Source of the DNA: Octopus vulgaris
Lineage: Eukaryota
Length of the DNA stretch: 64,000 bases
NCBI GenBank assembly: GCA_951406725.2
Contig: OX597836.1
Span: 24,490,001-24,554,000, forward strand
Direction: 5' to 3'
The notes beneath the pieces were generated by a model. That model searched no databases, had not been told where the DNA came from, and saw only the letters and a list, made by a program, of their open reading frames with translations. Below, in pieces: positions 1 through 12,937 of this stretch. The translations under genes and the position numbers were made by a program. Position 1 is the stretch's first letter. Every line of letters starts with the position of its first letter.

Positions 1-799
1 GTGTAATCTTTATAGTTTTAACAGGGCAAAGTTCAGCTTGCAGTTATGCAGTTCCCTTTTATCATATACAGATAAGGTATTGACAAGAGTCAATTCAGAA
101 AATCGTTGATCTATTTTCCACGTTTACTCTTTCATTGCAGTTAGTGTCTCGTGTGGACGAAGTGGTGTACATACACACCACTATGCTTATATTCGTAGAT
201 GTTAGGTTCTGATTCTTTTAACGTATTAAGTCTTTCCTCTCCCTGCCTAAAAGAATCCCTTTAATATTGCCTGGTGTAGCTAAGTTATTGTCCCCGTAAA
301 ACCCAATACCTTTGATTTTAAGTTTTACTTTGAATATATCTAAGCTCCGAAATCCGATGAACTCACAATTTCTACACTGCCCATAGAACCCATACTGATA
401 TCAAAGCACATATACTATCTTTCACCTTGTGGAAATAAGAGAGATTGGCGTGGTGCATCATAACACTACGTTGCTGTAATTTATGGTACAATATATTCTT
501 TTAAATTTCGCCGCCTTTTAAAGTTTTAAATGGATAGGTACAGTGTTGAAGTGAGTAATAGTAGTGGACATTGTATTTGAGGAATGTGAACCATTTCACT
601 AGACTAATTAATGGTATTTAAAAATACTCTTACAATACTTGACTAAATTTACAACACTCATTCCTACTTTCTCTCTTTTGCTCCCTCCTCCTACTCTGCT
701 TCATCATCCCTCTCTCATCATCATCTTCATTCTCTGCTTTCCCCTTTCTTTCTTTGTTATTTTCTGAACCTACATTTTTTTTTGTTCTGTCTTCTACAG

Positions 800-1062
800 G
801 TTACAGAGAGACAGCCTTCGCCCATGCAATTAGTGCTGCCGGTGTAACGCATCAAGTCTCCACAGCCTGCAGTCTGGGTAAGCTTCGGTCATGCGGTTGT
901 GACATGACATCACACGGTCCAGCTCTCAGCTGGGAATGGGGTGGCTGTAGTCACAACATCGAATTCGGTGACCACTTCGCCCGAAAGTTCCTCGATGCTA
1001 AAGACACGGCGAAAGATATCCAAGCACAGATCAACCTACACAACCATAGAGCTGGACGACTG
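800..1062 (+). CDS. Wnt10: Wnt10 internal coding exon (upstream exons lie outside the window)
   Basis: Translates as [34 protein letters not shown]...WEWGGCSHN...[10 protein letters not shown]. Acceptor is a pyrimidine tract + ctacag ending at 799, donor GTTTGT at 1063. The CSLGKL.SCGC and D.AKDI.A...LHN motifs fit the Wnt10 subfamily. Confidence 0.93.
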
Positions 1063-1116
1063 GTTTGTTATCAACATTTTGTCTCTCCTCAACACCTCCT
1101 GTCTGCTATTCACACA

Positions 1117-1192
<76 letters not shown>

Positions 1193-1195
1193 ATC

Positions 1196-1269
<74 letters not shown>

Positions 1270-1325
1270 ATTATTCTTGTTCGTTCCCTCTGTAGATACG
1301 AGTGTGCGTAAATATGTGTGTTTTT

Positions 1326-1518
1326 GTGTGTGTTGTCCTCCGCCATCGCTTGTTAACCGATGTTGGTATATTTACGTCCCTGTAATATAGCGGTTCGGCA
1401 AAATAGACCGATAGAATAAGGACTAGGCTTGCAAAGAATAAGTCCTGGGGTCGATTCGTTCGACTAAAGGTGGTGCTCCAGCATGGCCAGAGTCAAATGA
1501 GTGAAACAAATAAAAGAA
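1326..1518 (+). mobile_element. SINE family A, 3' fragment
   Basis: Matches the 3' half of the full copies (tagcggttcggcaaaa...ggtgctccagcatggcc...gaaacaa). Confidence 0.8.
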
Positions 1519-1819
1519 CATATATATATAACATACATGCATACATAGAGACATACATGTGTATATATATATATATATATATATATTTATGGATGGATGG
1601 ATGGATGCATGTATGTATGTACGTACGTAAAAAATATATACATATATACAGAAAAATTGCTATGCACATAATACACAATATTATTCATAAAAATTCATAA
1701 AAATTTCACCCAAGAATACACACACACACAATACAAAATACATCCACACAACTTTACATACTTTACTGGATGGCCATTGATTCTTCTGAGTTCTTCCACC
1801 CTTAGACGGGCCGTGTTTT

Positions 1820-2250
1820 TTTTATCTCCGGTAAAGTTTCTCACTATTCTAAAACAGTTTCATGATGGCATGGAAGTAAGGATCGACATTGGTGGGATGC
1901 TCTCGGAGCCTATCGCTGTCATGGATGGGGTAAAACAAGGTGACATAATAGCACCCACTCTCTTCACCTTCTATTTTAATATAGTTTTTGTCTTTTTTTC
2001 AATTGGCTTTCAAAGACTCCTATGAAGGCATATATATCAGATACTGCACAAAAAAATCTTTAACATCAGAAGACTGTCAGCCAAGTCAAGGTTGTTCTCA
2101 GCTCTTACTAGAGACCTCCTCTATGCAGATGATTGTGATATTGCTACTCATACTGAGATGGACTTGCAAAATCTTATGAATGCAATTTCAGTGACTTGTG
2201 GGGCACTTGGCTTAACCATAAATCTAACCAAAACAGTTGTCATTGCTGAA
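1820..2250 (+). mobile_element. RTE-clade LINE reverse transcriptase fragment (frameshifted)
   Basis: FHDGM...GVKQGDIIAPTLF and LLYADDC...GLTINLTKT motifs spread over several frames. Confidence 0.88.
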
Positions 2251-2345
2251 AAAGGTGAAGATTTACATAACGATATTACTTTGGCCCTGGGCACACCATC
2301 AACCATGGTTTCCGTTCACTAATGACAATACAATGTTCTACTCAT

Positions 2346-3146
2346 TTTCTAGTCCCGAAAAATATCATTTTTGGAAAATTTTTTTAAAATATGAGTATTA
2401 TTCCTGGTTTAAATATGTAATTTCTCAGACAAATCTCGACCCCTTATTCAGTGGAAAGATAGAATATGTGCCACAGGGGGCAGCCCTTGATCACTCTACC
2501 CTTCCTTTTAAATATGGTAGGATGCAATATAGTCTACACAGGCTTAAACAGCGGACTCAAAACGACCGCCTCGATAAAAATGCCCACCTCGTCTCCCCTA
2601 TCTATGCAAATACCTCTCTCAATCCCCAGCGGCCCTTATAGCACCTCATCTAGACATTTTTTGCTTTCTTGTGAATCCAAAATATCCATACGAGGTGCGT
2701 ATTTCTAGTCCCGAAAAATATCATTTTTGGAAAATGCTTTTAAAATATGAGTATTATTCCTGGTTTAAATATGTAATTTCTCAGACAAATCTCGACCCCT
2801 TATTCAGTGGAAAGATAGAATATGTGCCACAGGGGGCAGCCCTTGATCACTCTACCCTTCCTTTTAAATATGGTAGGATGCAATATAGTCTACACAGGCT
2901 TAAACAGCGGACTCAAAACGGCCGCCTCGATAAAAATGCCCACCTCGTCTACCCTATCTATGCAAATACCTCTCTCAATCCCCAGCGGCCCTTATAGCAC
3001 CTCGTCTAGACATTTTTTGCTTTCTTATGAATCCAAAATATCCCTATCTATGCAAATACCTCTCTCAATCCCCAGCGGCCCTTATAGCACCTCATCTAGA
3101 CATTTTTTGCTTTCTTGTGAATCCAAAATATCCATACGAGGTGCGT
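2346..3146. repeat. 356-bp tandem duplication (2 copies plus a partial third) in a Wnt10 intron
   Basis: atttctagtcccgaaaaatatc... recurs at a 356-bp offset (ORFs at 2466 and 2822 are near identical). The 3' ~105 bp recurs again at 3041-3146. Confidence 0.9.
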
Positions 3147-3324
3147 GGGTGGAGTACTACAGCCTAGACCAAAAACCATAGTCGCCAGAAGATTGGAACC
3201 ATTCCGCAAGCTCTACACTTAAAGAATAAAGAAATATACCTTCTGTTTCATGTGTCACTTGTTACAATATAAATCCTGGAAATCGATATTCAGCTTTATT
3301 TATTCAAATTCATTTCGTTGTCAG

Positions 3325-3465
3325 GCTGTAATCAACAATGTTGGAAGAACGTGTAAATGTCATGGAATGTCTGGAAGTTGTGAAATGAAGACATGTTGGA
3401 AATCGACAGCTGACTTTCGCGAAGTCGGAACAGTTCTAAAAGAGAAATTCAAAGCAGCGAGAAAG
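3325..3465 (+). CDS. Wnt10: Wnt10 penultimate coding exon with the palmitoleoylation motif
   Basis: [47 protein letters not shown]. tcag acceptor, GTGAG donor, 141 nt, phase 0/0 and in frame with both neighbours. Confidence 0.95.
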
Positions 3466-4153
3466 GTGAGGAAATTTCGAAACTGATTTCGTAAGACGCA
3501 CAAGTCTTGAACCCCCCCCCCCCCACACACACACATACAAACACTCGCATATACACACACCGAAGCACGCACCTAAACACATACACATATACATACATAC
3601 ATACATACATAAATACATAAATACATACATATACACATGCACATACATACACACATACATACACACGCACATATACATACATACGCACATACATATATAT
3701 ACACACATACACACACATACATGCACACACATACATACACACATACATACATACACACATACATACATACATACATACATACATACATACATACATACAT
3801 ACATACATACATACATACATACATACAAATAGACAGACACACAGACAGACATATGTGTTTAAGTGTATATTCATATGGCCTCTGATATTACATAAAGCAA
3901 TTAACAATTGTAGTAGCTTCAGTTCTCCGAAAGTAGCAGAACTGTTGTATATAAAGGTGTTGGCTGGGTTCTTTTTTCTTCTTTTTCTTCTTTTTATCCT
4001 CTTTGTCTGACAAAGGTCAAGTGTTTCAGACTCCTTTGACGAGAACCAAATAACGGAGCAAAAATCAATTCAGATGGTTCACCATTTCATCAATCTACAG
4101 AGAAACAGATACCTTCGACATGTTTATATGTCTACCATCTAGGTTTACCCCCA

Positions 4154-4199
<46 letters not shown>

Positions 4200-4494
4200 C
4201 ACATACACATAATTGTGTGTGTGTGTTTGTGCGCTGATATATTCCGCTATTCCACGGAGAAGAGCGTTTGCATGGGAAGTTCGTAGTTGTAACCAGAGAG
4301 ATAGCTTTATTTAGATTAAGAGAATAAACTTGATATACACGTCGCGAATATGTTTTTTTGTTGTATGCAAACTGAAACTCACTAACACACAAGCGCTAAA
4401 ATGATGTATTCTAATCTATAAGCAAAGATATACACGCAAAAATTATACGGACGTAGATTCACATTTGCATAAAGAACAATGTCCTAAAAGTGTG

Positions 4495-4585
4495 TATAGC
4501 CCCGGGCCGACCAATGCCTTGTGAGTGGATTCGGTAGACAGAAACTGAAAGAAGCCTGTCGTATATATGTATATATATATATATA

Positions 4586-4618
<33 letters not shown>

Positions 4619-4821
4619 TTGTGTGTCTGTGTTTGTCCGCCTAGCATTGCTTGACAACCGATGCTGGCGTGTTCACGTCCACGTCACTTAGCGGTTCGGC
4701 AAAAGAGACCGATAGAATAAGCACTGGGCTTACAAAGAATAAGTCCCGGGGTCGATTTGCTCGACTAAAGGCGGTGCTCCAGCATGGCCGCAGTCAAAAT
4801 GACTGAAACAAGTAAAAGAGT
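4495..4821 (+). mobile_element. SINE family A, 5'-truncated
   Basis: Near identical to the body and tail of the copy at 12938-13356. Confidence 0.9.
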
Positions 4822-4828
4822 ATGTATG

Positions 4829-4862
<34 letters not shown>

Positions 4863-5158
4863 TGTATGTATGTGTGTATGTATGTATGTATGTATGTATG
4901 TATGTATGTATGTATGTATGTGTGATTGTGTGTGTGTGTGCGTGCATACGCGTGGTGTGTTTGTTCGGGTATGTGTGTGTATATGAATAGTCTTGTTTGT
5001 AAGGGTATACGTGTAATTTAATATTGTAAAAATAACTTTGAAGTTCCTGAGTTGAAGTTTCATCTGAATATATTACACGCGTGTGAGTGTGTGAGTGTGT
5101 GTGAGTGTGTGAGTGTGTGCGTGTGTGTGTGTGCTTGCGTGCGTGCGTAAGCGTGTGT

Positions 5159-5550
5159 GTGGCTGTGTGGTAAGTAGCTTGCTAACCAACCACATGGTTC
5201 AGGGTTCAGTTCCACTGCGTGGCACCTTGGGCAAGTGTCTTCTACTATAGCCCCGGGCCGACCAATGCCTTGTGAGTGGATTTGGTAGACGGAAACTGAA
5301 AGAAGCCCGTCGTATATATGTATATATATATATATGTGTGTTTGTGTGTCTGTGTTTGTCCCCCTAGCATTGCTTGACAACCGATGCTGGCGTGTTTATG
5401 TCCCCGTCACTTAGCGGTTCGGCAAAACAGACCGATAGAATAAGTACTGGGCTTACAAAGAATAAGTCCTTGGGTCTAGCTGCTCGACTAAAGGCGGTGC
5501 TCCAGCATGGCCGCAGTCAAATGACTGAAACAAGTAAAAGAGTAAAAGAG
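5159..5550 (+). mobile_element. SINE family A (tRNA-derived)
   Basis: A-box-like tggctgtgtggt, B-box-like ggttcagttcc, CORE-like ccttgggcaagtgtctt, internal (TA/TG)n, tail (gtaaaaga)n. Confidence 0.9.
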
Positions 5551-5660
5551 AGAGAGAGAGTAATCAAACGTTGGTACAAAGTGAAAGAGGGTAATGCGGG
5601 AGGCGTTTGCTTTTGTGAAAACAGCGATTGGTAAATGGTTTCTTATTCAATTTCTTGATA

Positions 5661-6051
5661 CTAGCAGTATCGCCCGGCGTTGCTCGGGTTTGTAAGGGAA
5701 ATAACTATAAAGCATTTTTAGAGAGTTATAGCCAAAAAATAGCAAAAAAATGGGAAAAAAAAAATGATGGTAAATTTTTTTTGAGAGTTAAAAAGGTGGA
5801 GTTGCGTCCCCTAGACAGTCTGTGGTTTGTGTTTCTGATTCTCGACCCCCATGTCGAATTTATCGATTTTTTTTTTAAGAACTGGGGGAACTTTTCAAAA
5901 TTTTCGCTGCGTTAGTTTTGAATTATGACACTGGGCTATGTGTGTGTCAAGTTTCATCAGAATCGGTTGAAAGCCGTGGTCAGGGTGAGGGTACAACCTA
6001 ACAGACACACAGAAACACACACAGACAAACTGCCGTTTATATAGAGAGAGA
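5661..6051 (-). mobile_element. Non-autonomous Helitron (5' module A joined to the 3' part of module-B elements)
   Basis: Minus strand starts TCTCTCTCTATATAAACGGC and ends cccgagcaacgccggg hairpin + cgatactgCTAG. Inserted between A and T with no TSD. Confidence 0.85.
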
Positions 6052-6312
6052 TATCTGAAGACGTGGATCGACAGCGGCCGGTTTGGGTTAGTAGATTCGC
6101 TGAAGTCCATAATGAAAAGACAACACCGCTTGAGTTTATCGTCATATTGCCAAAATGGCGGACAAAATACTGCTCTGTAAGTTGTTTGAAACAACATTAC
6201 ACGTCATTACAGATATTCCATCATTCCTTTGAGAGTCAATTAAAAAAAGTGACACTAGGGTAGTGGGGGAATATAATGGGCTAAAATTGTGTGAGTTGTT
6301 GTGGTTGTTGAT

Positions 6313-6696
6313 GGAAGCACTCCGTCGGTTACGACGATGAGGGTTCCGGTTGATCCGAATCAACGGAACAACCTGCTCGTGAAATTAACGTGTAAGTGGC
6401 TGAGCACTCCACAGACACGTGCACCCTTAACGTAGTTCTCGGGGATATTAAGCGTGACACATTGAGTGACAAGGCCGGCCCCTTGAAATACAGGCACAAC
6501 AGAAACAGGAAGTAAGAGTGAGAGAAAGTTGTGGTGAAAGAGTACAGCAGGGATCACCACCACCTCCTGCCGGAGCCTCGTGGAGCTTTAGGTGTTTTCG
6601 CTCAATAAACACTCACAACGCCCGGTCTGGGAATCGAAACCGCGATCCTATGACCGCGAGTCCGCTGCCCTAACCACTGGGCCATTGCGCCTCCAC
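6313..6696 (-). mobile_element. SINE family B (tRNA-derived), full length
   Basis: Head gtggaggcgcaatggcccagtggttagggcagcggactcgcggtc...gtttcgattccc. 10-bp TSD ggttgttgat at 6303-6312 and 6697-6706. Confidence 0.92.
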
Positions 6697-6760
6697 GGTT
6701 GTTGATAATGATGACGATGATGATGATGTTTTGTAATAATGAACTTATTTTCTCCTACAG

Positions 6761-7240
6761 GTCATACTTCACAACACAGTCGCCAATTCGCTAGTAACAC
6801 GTGACCGCCACCGACGACGACGACGACGTCCGAAGAAACCCGTTTCTACGACTACAGCCATGTTACAAAAACACAGCCGAATGGAAACGTTAAAGATAGA
6901 TCTTAAGACAAAGCACAACAGACAAGCCCATAAGGGCAGAAAGAAAAGAAAGAGGAAGCGCCTTCGGGGCCGATATCCACGTCAAACTGATCTGGTTTAC
7001 TATGAAAAGTCACCTAGTTTTTGTGACCCAGATCCTGAAATCGATTCACTTGGTACCACGGGCCGTTTTTGTAATCGAACTGGTTCCGATGTGGACAACT
7101 GTAATACTTTGTGTTGCGGTCGTGGATACAACACTCTCAGGGTTCGACGCACCGAAAGATGTAACTGCAAATTCTATTGGTGCTGTTATGTCTTATGTGA
7201 CGAGTGTGTTTTCGATGAATGGGTGACTGTCTGCAAATGA
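6761..7240 (+). CDS. Wnt10: Wnt10 last coding exon
   Basis: ttttctcctacag acceptor ending at 6760. Reads VILHNT...[12 protein letters not shown]...LCCGRGYN...[28 protein letters not shown]. The EWV.VCK ending is typical of Wnt10. Confidence 0.95.
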   Translation, partial: VILHNTVANSLVTRDRHRRRRRRPKKPVSTTTAMLQKHSRMETLKIDLKTKHNRQAHKGRKKRKRKRLRGRYPRQTDLVYYEKSPSFCDPDPEIDSLGTTGRFCNRTGSDVDNCNTLCCGRGYNTLRVRRTERCNCKFYWCCYVLCDECVFDEWVTVCK

Positions 7241-7537
7241 TCGCCCCCTTAAAAAAGGAGTCAGTGAAACATTAATACGACAAGAGTTTGAAGTATCTTG
7301 CTCAGGGACGCAACTGCATGATATCACAAGCAGCAACAACAGCCACAAGAGCAGCAGCAGCAACTACAACGACAACAACGAAGACGACAGCAATAGCAAC
7401 AGCAACATCAGATATACGAAACTGCGATGCAGCAGTCATAAATCGAAATTTTCATTGGACCATTGCATTTTTTCACTCCATGTAAATACAATAACATTGA
7501 CAAGAAACTAAACCTGCACTAGCTACAACAGTAGATT

Positions 7538-7655
<118 letters not shown>

Positions 7656-7658
7656 GAG

Positions 7659-8050
7659 ATCATGAAGAAAAAAAAATGCTTTCTGATTGATGTATCAATA
7701 CCAGCAGATGACAACGTGTCTCTAAAAGAAATGGAGAAACTTTCAAAATACAAAGACCTGGAAATAGTGGTAACCAGAATGTGGAACCTAAAAAACAGAA
7801 ACAATTCCTATCATAGTTGGTGCATTAGGCATGATAAAGAAATATTCAGACAAATACATAACAAAAACACCAGGACTTACAAACACATATAACATACAGA
7901 AAATTGCACTACTGGGCACTGCACACATCCTACGCAGAACACTTTCCATACAATAACCATCAGAGCATCACAACAAATCATAGCACATACCCAAGGCACA
8001 CAGAGCTGCGCTCGATAGTGAAGTGAAAGCACGCTATAAAAATAAAACTA

Positions 8051-8125
<75 letters not shown>
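7659..8125 (+). mobile_element. R4/Dong-like (restriction-like endonuclease) LINE 3' end in an (AAT)n array
   Basis: CFLIDVSIPADDNVSLKEMEKLSKYKDL...IPIIVGALG...IQKIALLGTAHILR, then a 3' UTR and (AAT)n tail. Flanked by AAT microsatellite. Confidence 0.85.
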
Positions 8126-8126
<1 letters not shown>

Positions 8127-8349
8127 TCTTGTTTCATTGGCCACAAGGGCTAAAATAAATAAAAAAAAAACATGTGAGGACGAAGACAGGATGAAAGGTA
8201 CAAAGGGTTTTACGAAAAAGAAAAGTCCATGTAAACAGAAAACAGCAAAAAATGTAACAATTAGAAAGAACTCCCAATTGGGGGGGGGAGCCGCTTCGAA
8301 AGGTTACTCGTGGAAAAACCCATAAATGCCACGGGAGCCTGGTCAAAAA

Positions 8350-8416
<67 letters not shown>

Positions 8417-8586
8417 TAAATTTTTTTTTTTTATGTATTAGACATTCACTAGTACAACACCAAAGAAAAACCCAAATATATGGCACACTAGGCATAACAG
8501 CAACGTGAACTTCCAACCTGTTGTCTCTTGAGGTATCTGGGTGAGACTTGGAGCCAGCTTGTACAGACATAAAGCAAAAGTCAAAC

Positions 8587-8647
<61 letters not shown>

Positions 8648-8889
8648 CCTTTCTTTCTAATAAAAGTACAAAGCCTGAAATTTTGTGAGGGGGTGGGGAT
8701 AAGGCCATCAGTTTTGAGGGTAGAGAATAAGCCGATAACATTCAACTCCAGAACTCGACAAAAGGATGAAAGTCAAAACTGAAGTCGACGGAATTTCAAC
8801 TTGGAATATAAAGAGACAGAACAATCACCACAAAGGAGCATTTTTGTCCATTGCTCTTAAGATTTTGCCAATTTATCAACAACAACAAT

Positions 8890-8926
<37 letters not shown>

Positions 8927-8927
8927 G

Positions 8928-8962
<35 letters not shown>

Positions 8963-8984
8963 ACGTCAACAACAACAATAATAA

Positions 8985-9201
8985 TAACCCTTTTAGCTAT
9001 AGGGACAAAAGTCTGAAATTTGACGGGAGGCGACTAGTCGATTACATCGACCCCAATGTTTCACTGGTACTTAATGTATCAACCCAGAAAGGGTGAAAAA
9101 CAAAGTCGACCTTGACGGAATTTGAACATAGAACGCAGCGACGGGCAAAATACCGCTAAACATGTTGTCCGGTATGCTCACGATTCTGCCAGCTCGCCGC
9201 C

Positions 9202-9270
<69 letters not shown>

Positions 9271-9477
9271 GCTTCAAATTTGGCCAGAAGGGTAGCAATT
9301 GGGGGGGGGGGGAGTCGATTACATCGACCCAAGTACTCAACTGGTACTTATTGTATCGACTGCGAAATGATGAAAGGCAAAGTCGACCACAGATAATTTG
9401 AATTCAGAACGTAAAGACAGACGAAATGCTGCCAAGCATCTTGCCTGGCGTGCTAACCATTCTGCCAGCTCGTCGCC
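8985..9477 (-). mobile_element. Two diverged SINE family C copies separated by (AAT)n
   Basis: Both carry the ggcgagctggcagaat...ttagc head and the gtcgactttg...gtcgat...aagtaccag central domain. Confidence 0.8.
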
Positions 9478-9490
9478 ATACCACTAGTAC

Positions 9491-9574
<84 letters not shown>

Positions 9575-9656
9575 CTCTTAACCTTCACTTGCCCTAGGGC
9601 GCTGGGTGTGCCCCGGCAAGTGATTGCATCAAACATGCAGATTAAAAGTAAATGAC

Positions 9657-9718
<62 letters not shown>

Positions 9719-9719
<1 letters not shown>

Positions 9720-10636
9720 TAGCAGTATCGCCCGGCGTTGCTCGGGTTTGTTTCGACCCTTTAGAATTGGAATTTTTGAAAAGTAAAAAATTTGCATTAT
9801 ATAGCTTGTTATTCTCTTTAAGTAAACATTTTTCTGGTTGAAATACACCGAAAAATGGTGACACAGCAGTCAAAAAATCGTAAAGAATAGGGGTTTTCAT
9901 AGGAACAAAGCACCTTTTTGATGTAAATAATTTTTGGTCCTAACATGGTCCGATTTGAATTTTATTTTCTACGGATTGAAGAGCAAGCCTTCATCTATCA
10001 TACTCTCAATTTTGGTCAACTTGCGCCGCAGGGTCTCGGAAGAGATTGTGTTAGTTGAAGCCTACCAAACCTGCCACACACAGACAACTTCAGCTTTATA
10101 GATTAAGAGCATTTTCCATTCGATTTTTGAGACGATTCGGTCTGCAAAATATTTCTCTCATTTTGAGCTATTTTTTGACACCATTTTCAACTGAGAACTC
10201 CTTAAAAGGGCACGCTCAGAACTGCTAGAATTTGCATTTTTCAAGCTAGAGAATTCAAACTTGCTCCAATCGATTCAGGAAATTTTTCTACGTATATGCT
10301 CATATTTTCTTTTTCGAAAAACTCAAAAATTGAACGTGTTTTCGCTCCATTTTTCCGTTGCATTCATGCAAACACGCGCACAGTCACGCGTAGAGTCCAA
10401 CATGTTGTGTGAACACAACTCAAGGCAATAGTGTACAACATCCACTCACAAGCAAAAAAATGCATTGTTTCGGGCCTTTGTTATCGAAATAGAGACTTGA
10501 AACCTACTCTGGCCATAACTACTCCACGCCTTTTATAGGTGTGAAAAATTTCAGCGCGATCCTAGCACGTCAAGTGCCATTGAATCCTTACCAAAGCCAA
10601 AGTGTGCAAGTTTTTTTCCTCTTTTATATAGGTAGA
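9719..10636 (-). mobile_element. Composite non-autonomous Helitron with two nested 5' ends
   Basis: Same 3' hairpin + CTAG (9719). Inner 5'-like end tctataaagctgaagttgtctg near 10102, outer 5' end TCTACCTATATAAAAG at 10636. Sits at an A/T site in (AAT)n. Confidence 0.75.
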
Positions 10637-10650
10637 TAATAATAATAGTA

Positions 10651-10716
<66 letters not shown>

Positions 10717-10906
10717 GTTTCAAATTTTGCCACAAGGGTATTTATTTTGGGTGGGGGGGGGAAGAGTCGATTACATCGACCCCAGTGTTCAACTGGTACT
10801 TATTTTATCGACCCCGGAAGGATGAAAGACAAAGGCGACCTCGGCAGAATTTGAGCTCAAAACGTAAAGATGAACGTATACTGAATATACATGTATGTCT
10901 ATATAA

Positions 10907-10949
<43 letters not shown>

Positions 10950-10952
<3 letters not shown>

Positions 10953-11158
10953 AATTAGGGTATCTGAGAGATACCACCACGCTGAAATACCAGCCAAAAC
11001 CTGACCCTAAAGCCACATTAAATGTTCATATATCACTGCTAGTTTATTTTGTCTCTCTGTCTACTCTCCTAGTGCTATATGAACATTTAATGTGGATTTA
11101 GGGTCAGGTTTTGGCTGCTATTTCAGCGTGGTGGTATCTCTCAGATACACCAATTTAT
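10950..11158. repeat. Inverted repeat with 88-bp arms and a 33-nt spacer
   Basis: 10950-11037 is the reverse complement of 11071-11158 with about 5 mismatches. Confidence 0.92.
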
Positions 11159-11930
11159 AATTTTAAATAATTATTACCTTTGTAAGGTTTTTATTCCCAT
11201 GCTGGCCACTTGATAAAATTGTGCCTTGTGTAAACACATGCGCACCATACACAGACACACATACGTACACGCATACATACATTACCCTGGGTGTAACGAT
11301 ATATTGTCGAAAATGAACGATGTTTTCATCTCGTCATCTGAAAGTTTGATAGCGATCTGATCATTCTAAACTGCAGGAATGATACGCAGGAAGAAAACAA
11401 ACAATCATTAAAAAATGCAGGTTGAACCACTTTTTCTTAGAATTGTAATAAAGCAGCGGTAGGGGAGGACATAATCTCTTTTAAAGCTCTCAAACACAAT
11501 GACTTTCCAAACACTTTAAAAGAGCTTTAACGCCTGTGTCCATGCCAGTACATCACAATAAAATGTTTCTTCTTTAATTCATGACCATGTGTGAATGTTT
11601 CGTTCTTAAAAACCTGAGCCCTCCATAATAGTCACCCCCTAATGCAACCCATTATCACCCCCGTTACACTTTTCCGGAATTAGGAGCTTTTCATACATAA
11701 CGCACTGCACCTCTTCCTGATTGGCTGAATTTCCCCGGGGGGTGTTCTGCCTTCTGAACCATAGGTAATTTTCTTACTCCTTCCATAATATCTAAGTTAC
11801 CTTAAATGCCCGGCATGAACTCCGAAATATTGAATCTCCATATATTTGGCTTCCTTGGCAGCTGATCTTTGGATGTCTGCGCAAGAAATGAGGCGAAATG
11901 TAGACGAGACGAGACGAGAAACGAAGAGAG

Positions 11931-12062
11931 GAAGGAATTAATGATATCGAATGGCAGGCGAATGAAGGAATTAATGATATCGAATGGCAGGCGAATGAAG
12001 GAATTAATGATATCGAATGGCAGGCGAATGAAGGAATTAATGATATCGAATGGCAGGCGAAT
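11931..12062. repeat. 33-bp minisatellite x4
   Basis: gaaggaattaatgatatcgaatggcaggcgaat repeated four times exactly. Confidence 0.95.
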
Positions 12063-12171
12063 GAAGAGGAGAATTAGAAGGAAATGAATGAGGATAAAAC
12101 CCACTGTGACCCTACTTCCTTAATATTTGTAATTTTTGAAACTGTCATACATTTCCTTCCACCAACAAATA

Positions 12172-12374
12172 ATCCTTTCTACTAGAGGCACAAGGTCTGA
12201 AGTTTGTGGGGAGGAGGAGAGTCGATTACATCGACCCCAGTGCGTAACTGGTACTTATTTCATCGACCCCAAGAGGATGAAAGATAAAGACGACCTGGGC
12301 AAAATTTGAACTCAGAACGTAAGGACGGACGAAATGCCGCTAAGCGTGCTAACGATTCTGCCAGCTCGCCGCCT
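12172..12374 (-). mobile_element. SINE family C
   Basis: Head ggcggcgagctggcagaatcgttagcac plus the family central domain. Confidence 0.82.
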
Positions 12375-12630
12375 TTCCACCAACAAGTAATTATTTTACT
12401 TGTTGCATCAAAATTATATTTCAAAGAAAATGCATTCAGTTAATGCTCAGTCTTGCTACAAGGTTGATAGTCACCTGATCGCTGGTTACCAGCGGGGGAT
12501 TGCAGAGCAATACAAGAAGTGATGCGGGACATGTGTTGATTATTCTCACAGTTACGTGCTATGTAACCTTGCTGAAACAACTGGTCAGGCATAGAGACAT
12601 AGGAACTTTGGGCTGTTTCGACCTGGATAA

Positions 12631-12704
<74 letters not shown>

Positions 12705-12937
12705 TGCGTGCGTGTGTGTCTGTGTTTGGGTGTGTGTGTGTGAGTGTGTAGGTAGGTAGGTAGATAGATAGATTGGTAGGTAGGTAGGTAGGTAACTAGG
12801 TAGATAAGTCCTGGTGCTACCTGTTTATTGGAATACGGTTAGACTACTTCAAGGAAAGAATATATATATATATATATATATGCCGCCACGCATCCATTCC
12901 CAAGTAAGTTTTATCTTTACTTATATATATATATATA

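Noticed and set aside
1-799. Upstream Wnt10 exons or the ancestral Wnt9-1-6-10 cluster partners
   Set aside because: Not visible in this window, so they cannot be supported from the sequence given.
3436-3907. Numerous [12 protein letters not shown]/poly-N/poly-Y ORFs here and across the window
   Set aside because: Translations of di-, tri- and tetranucleotide microsatellites.
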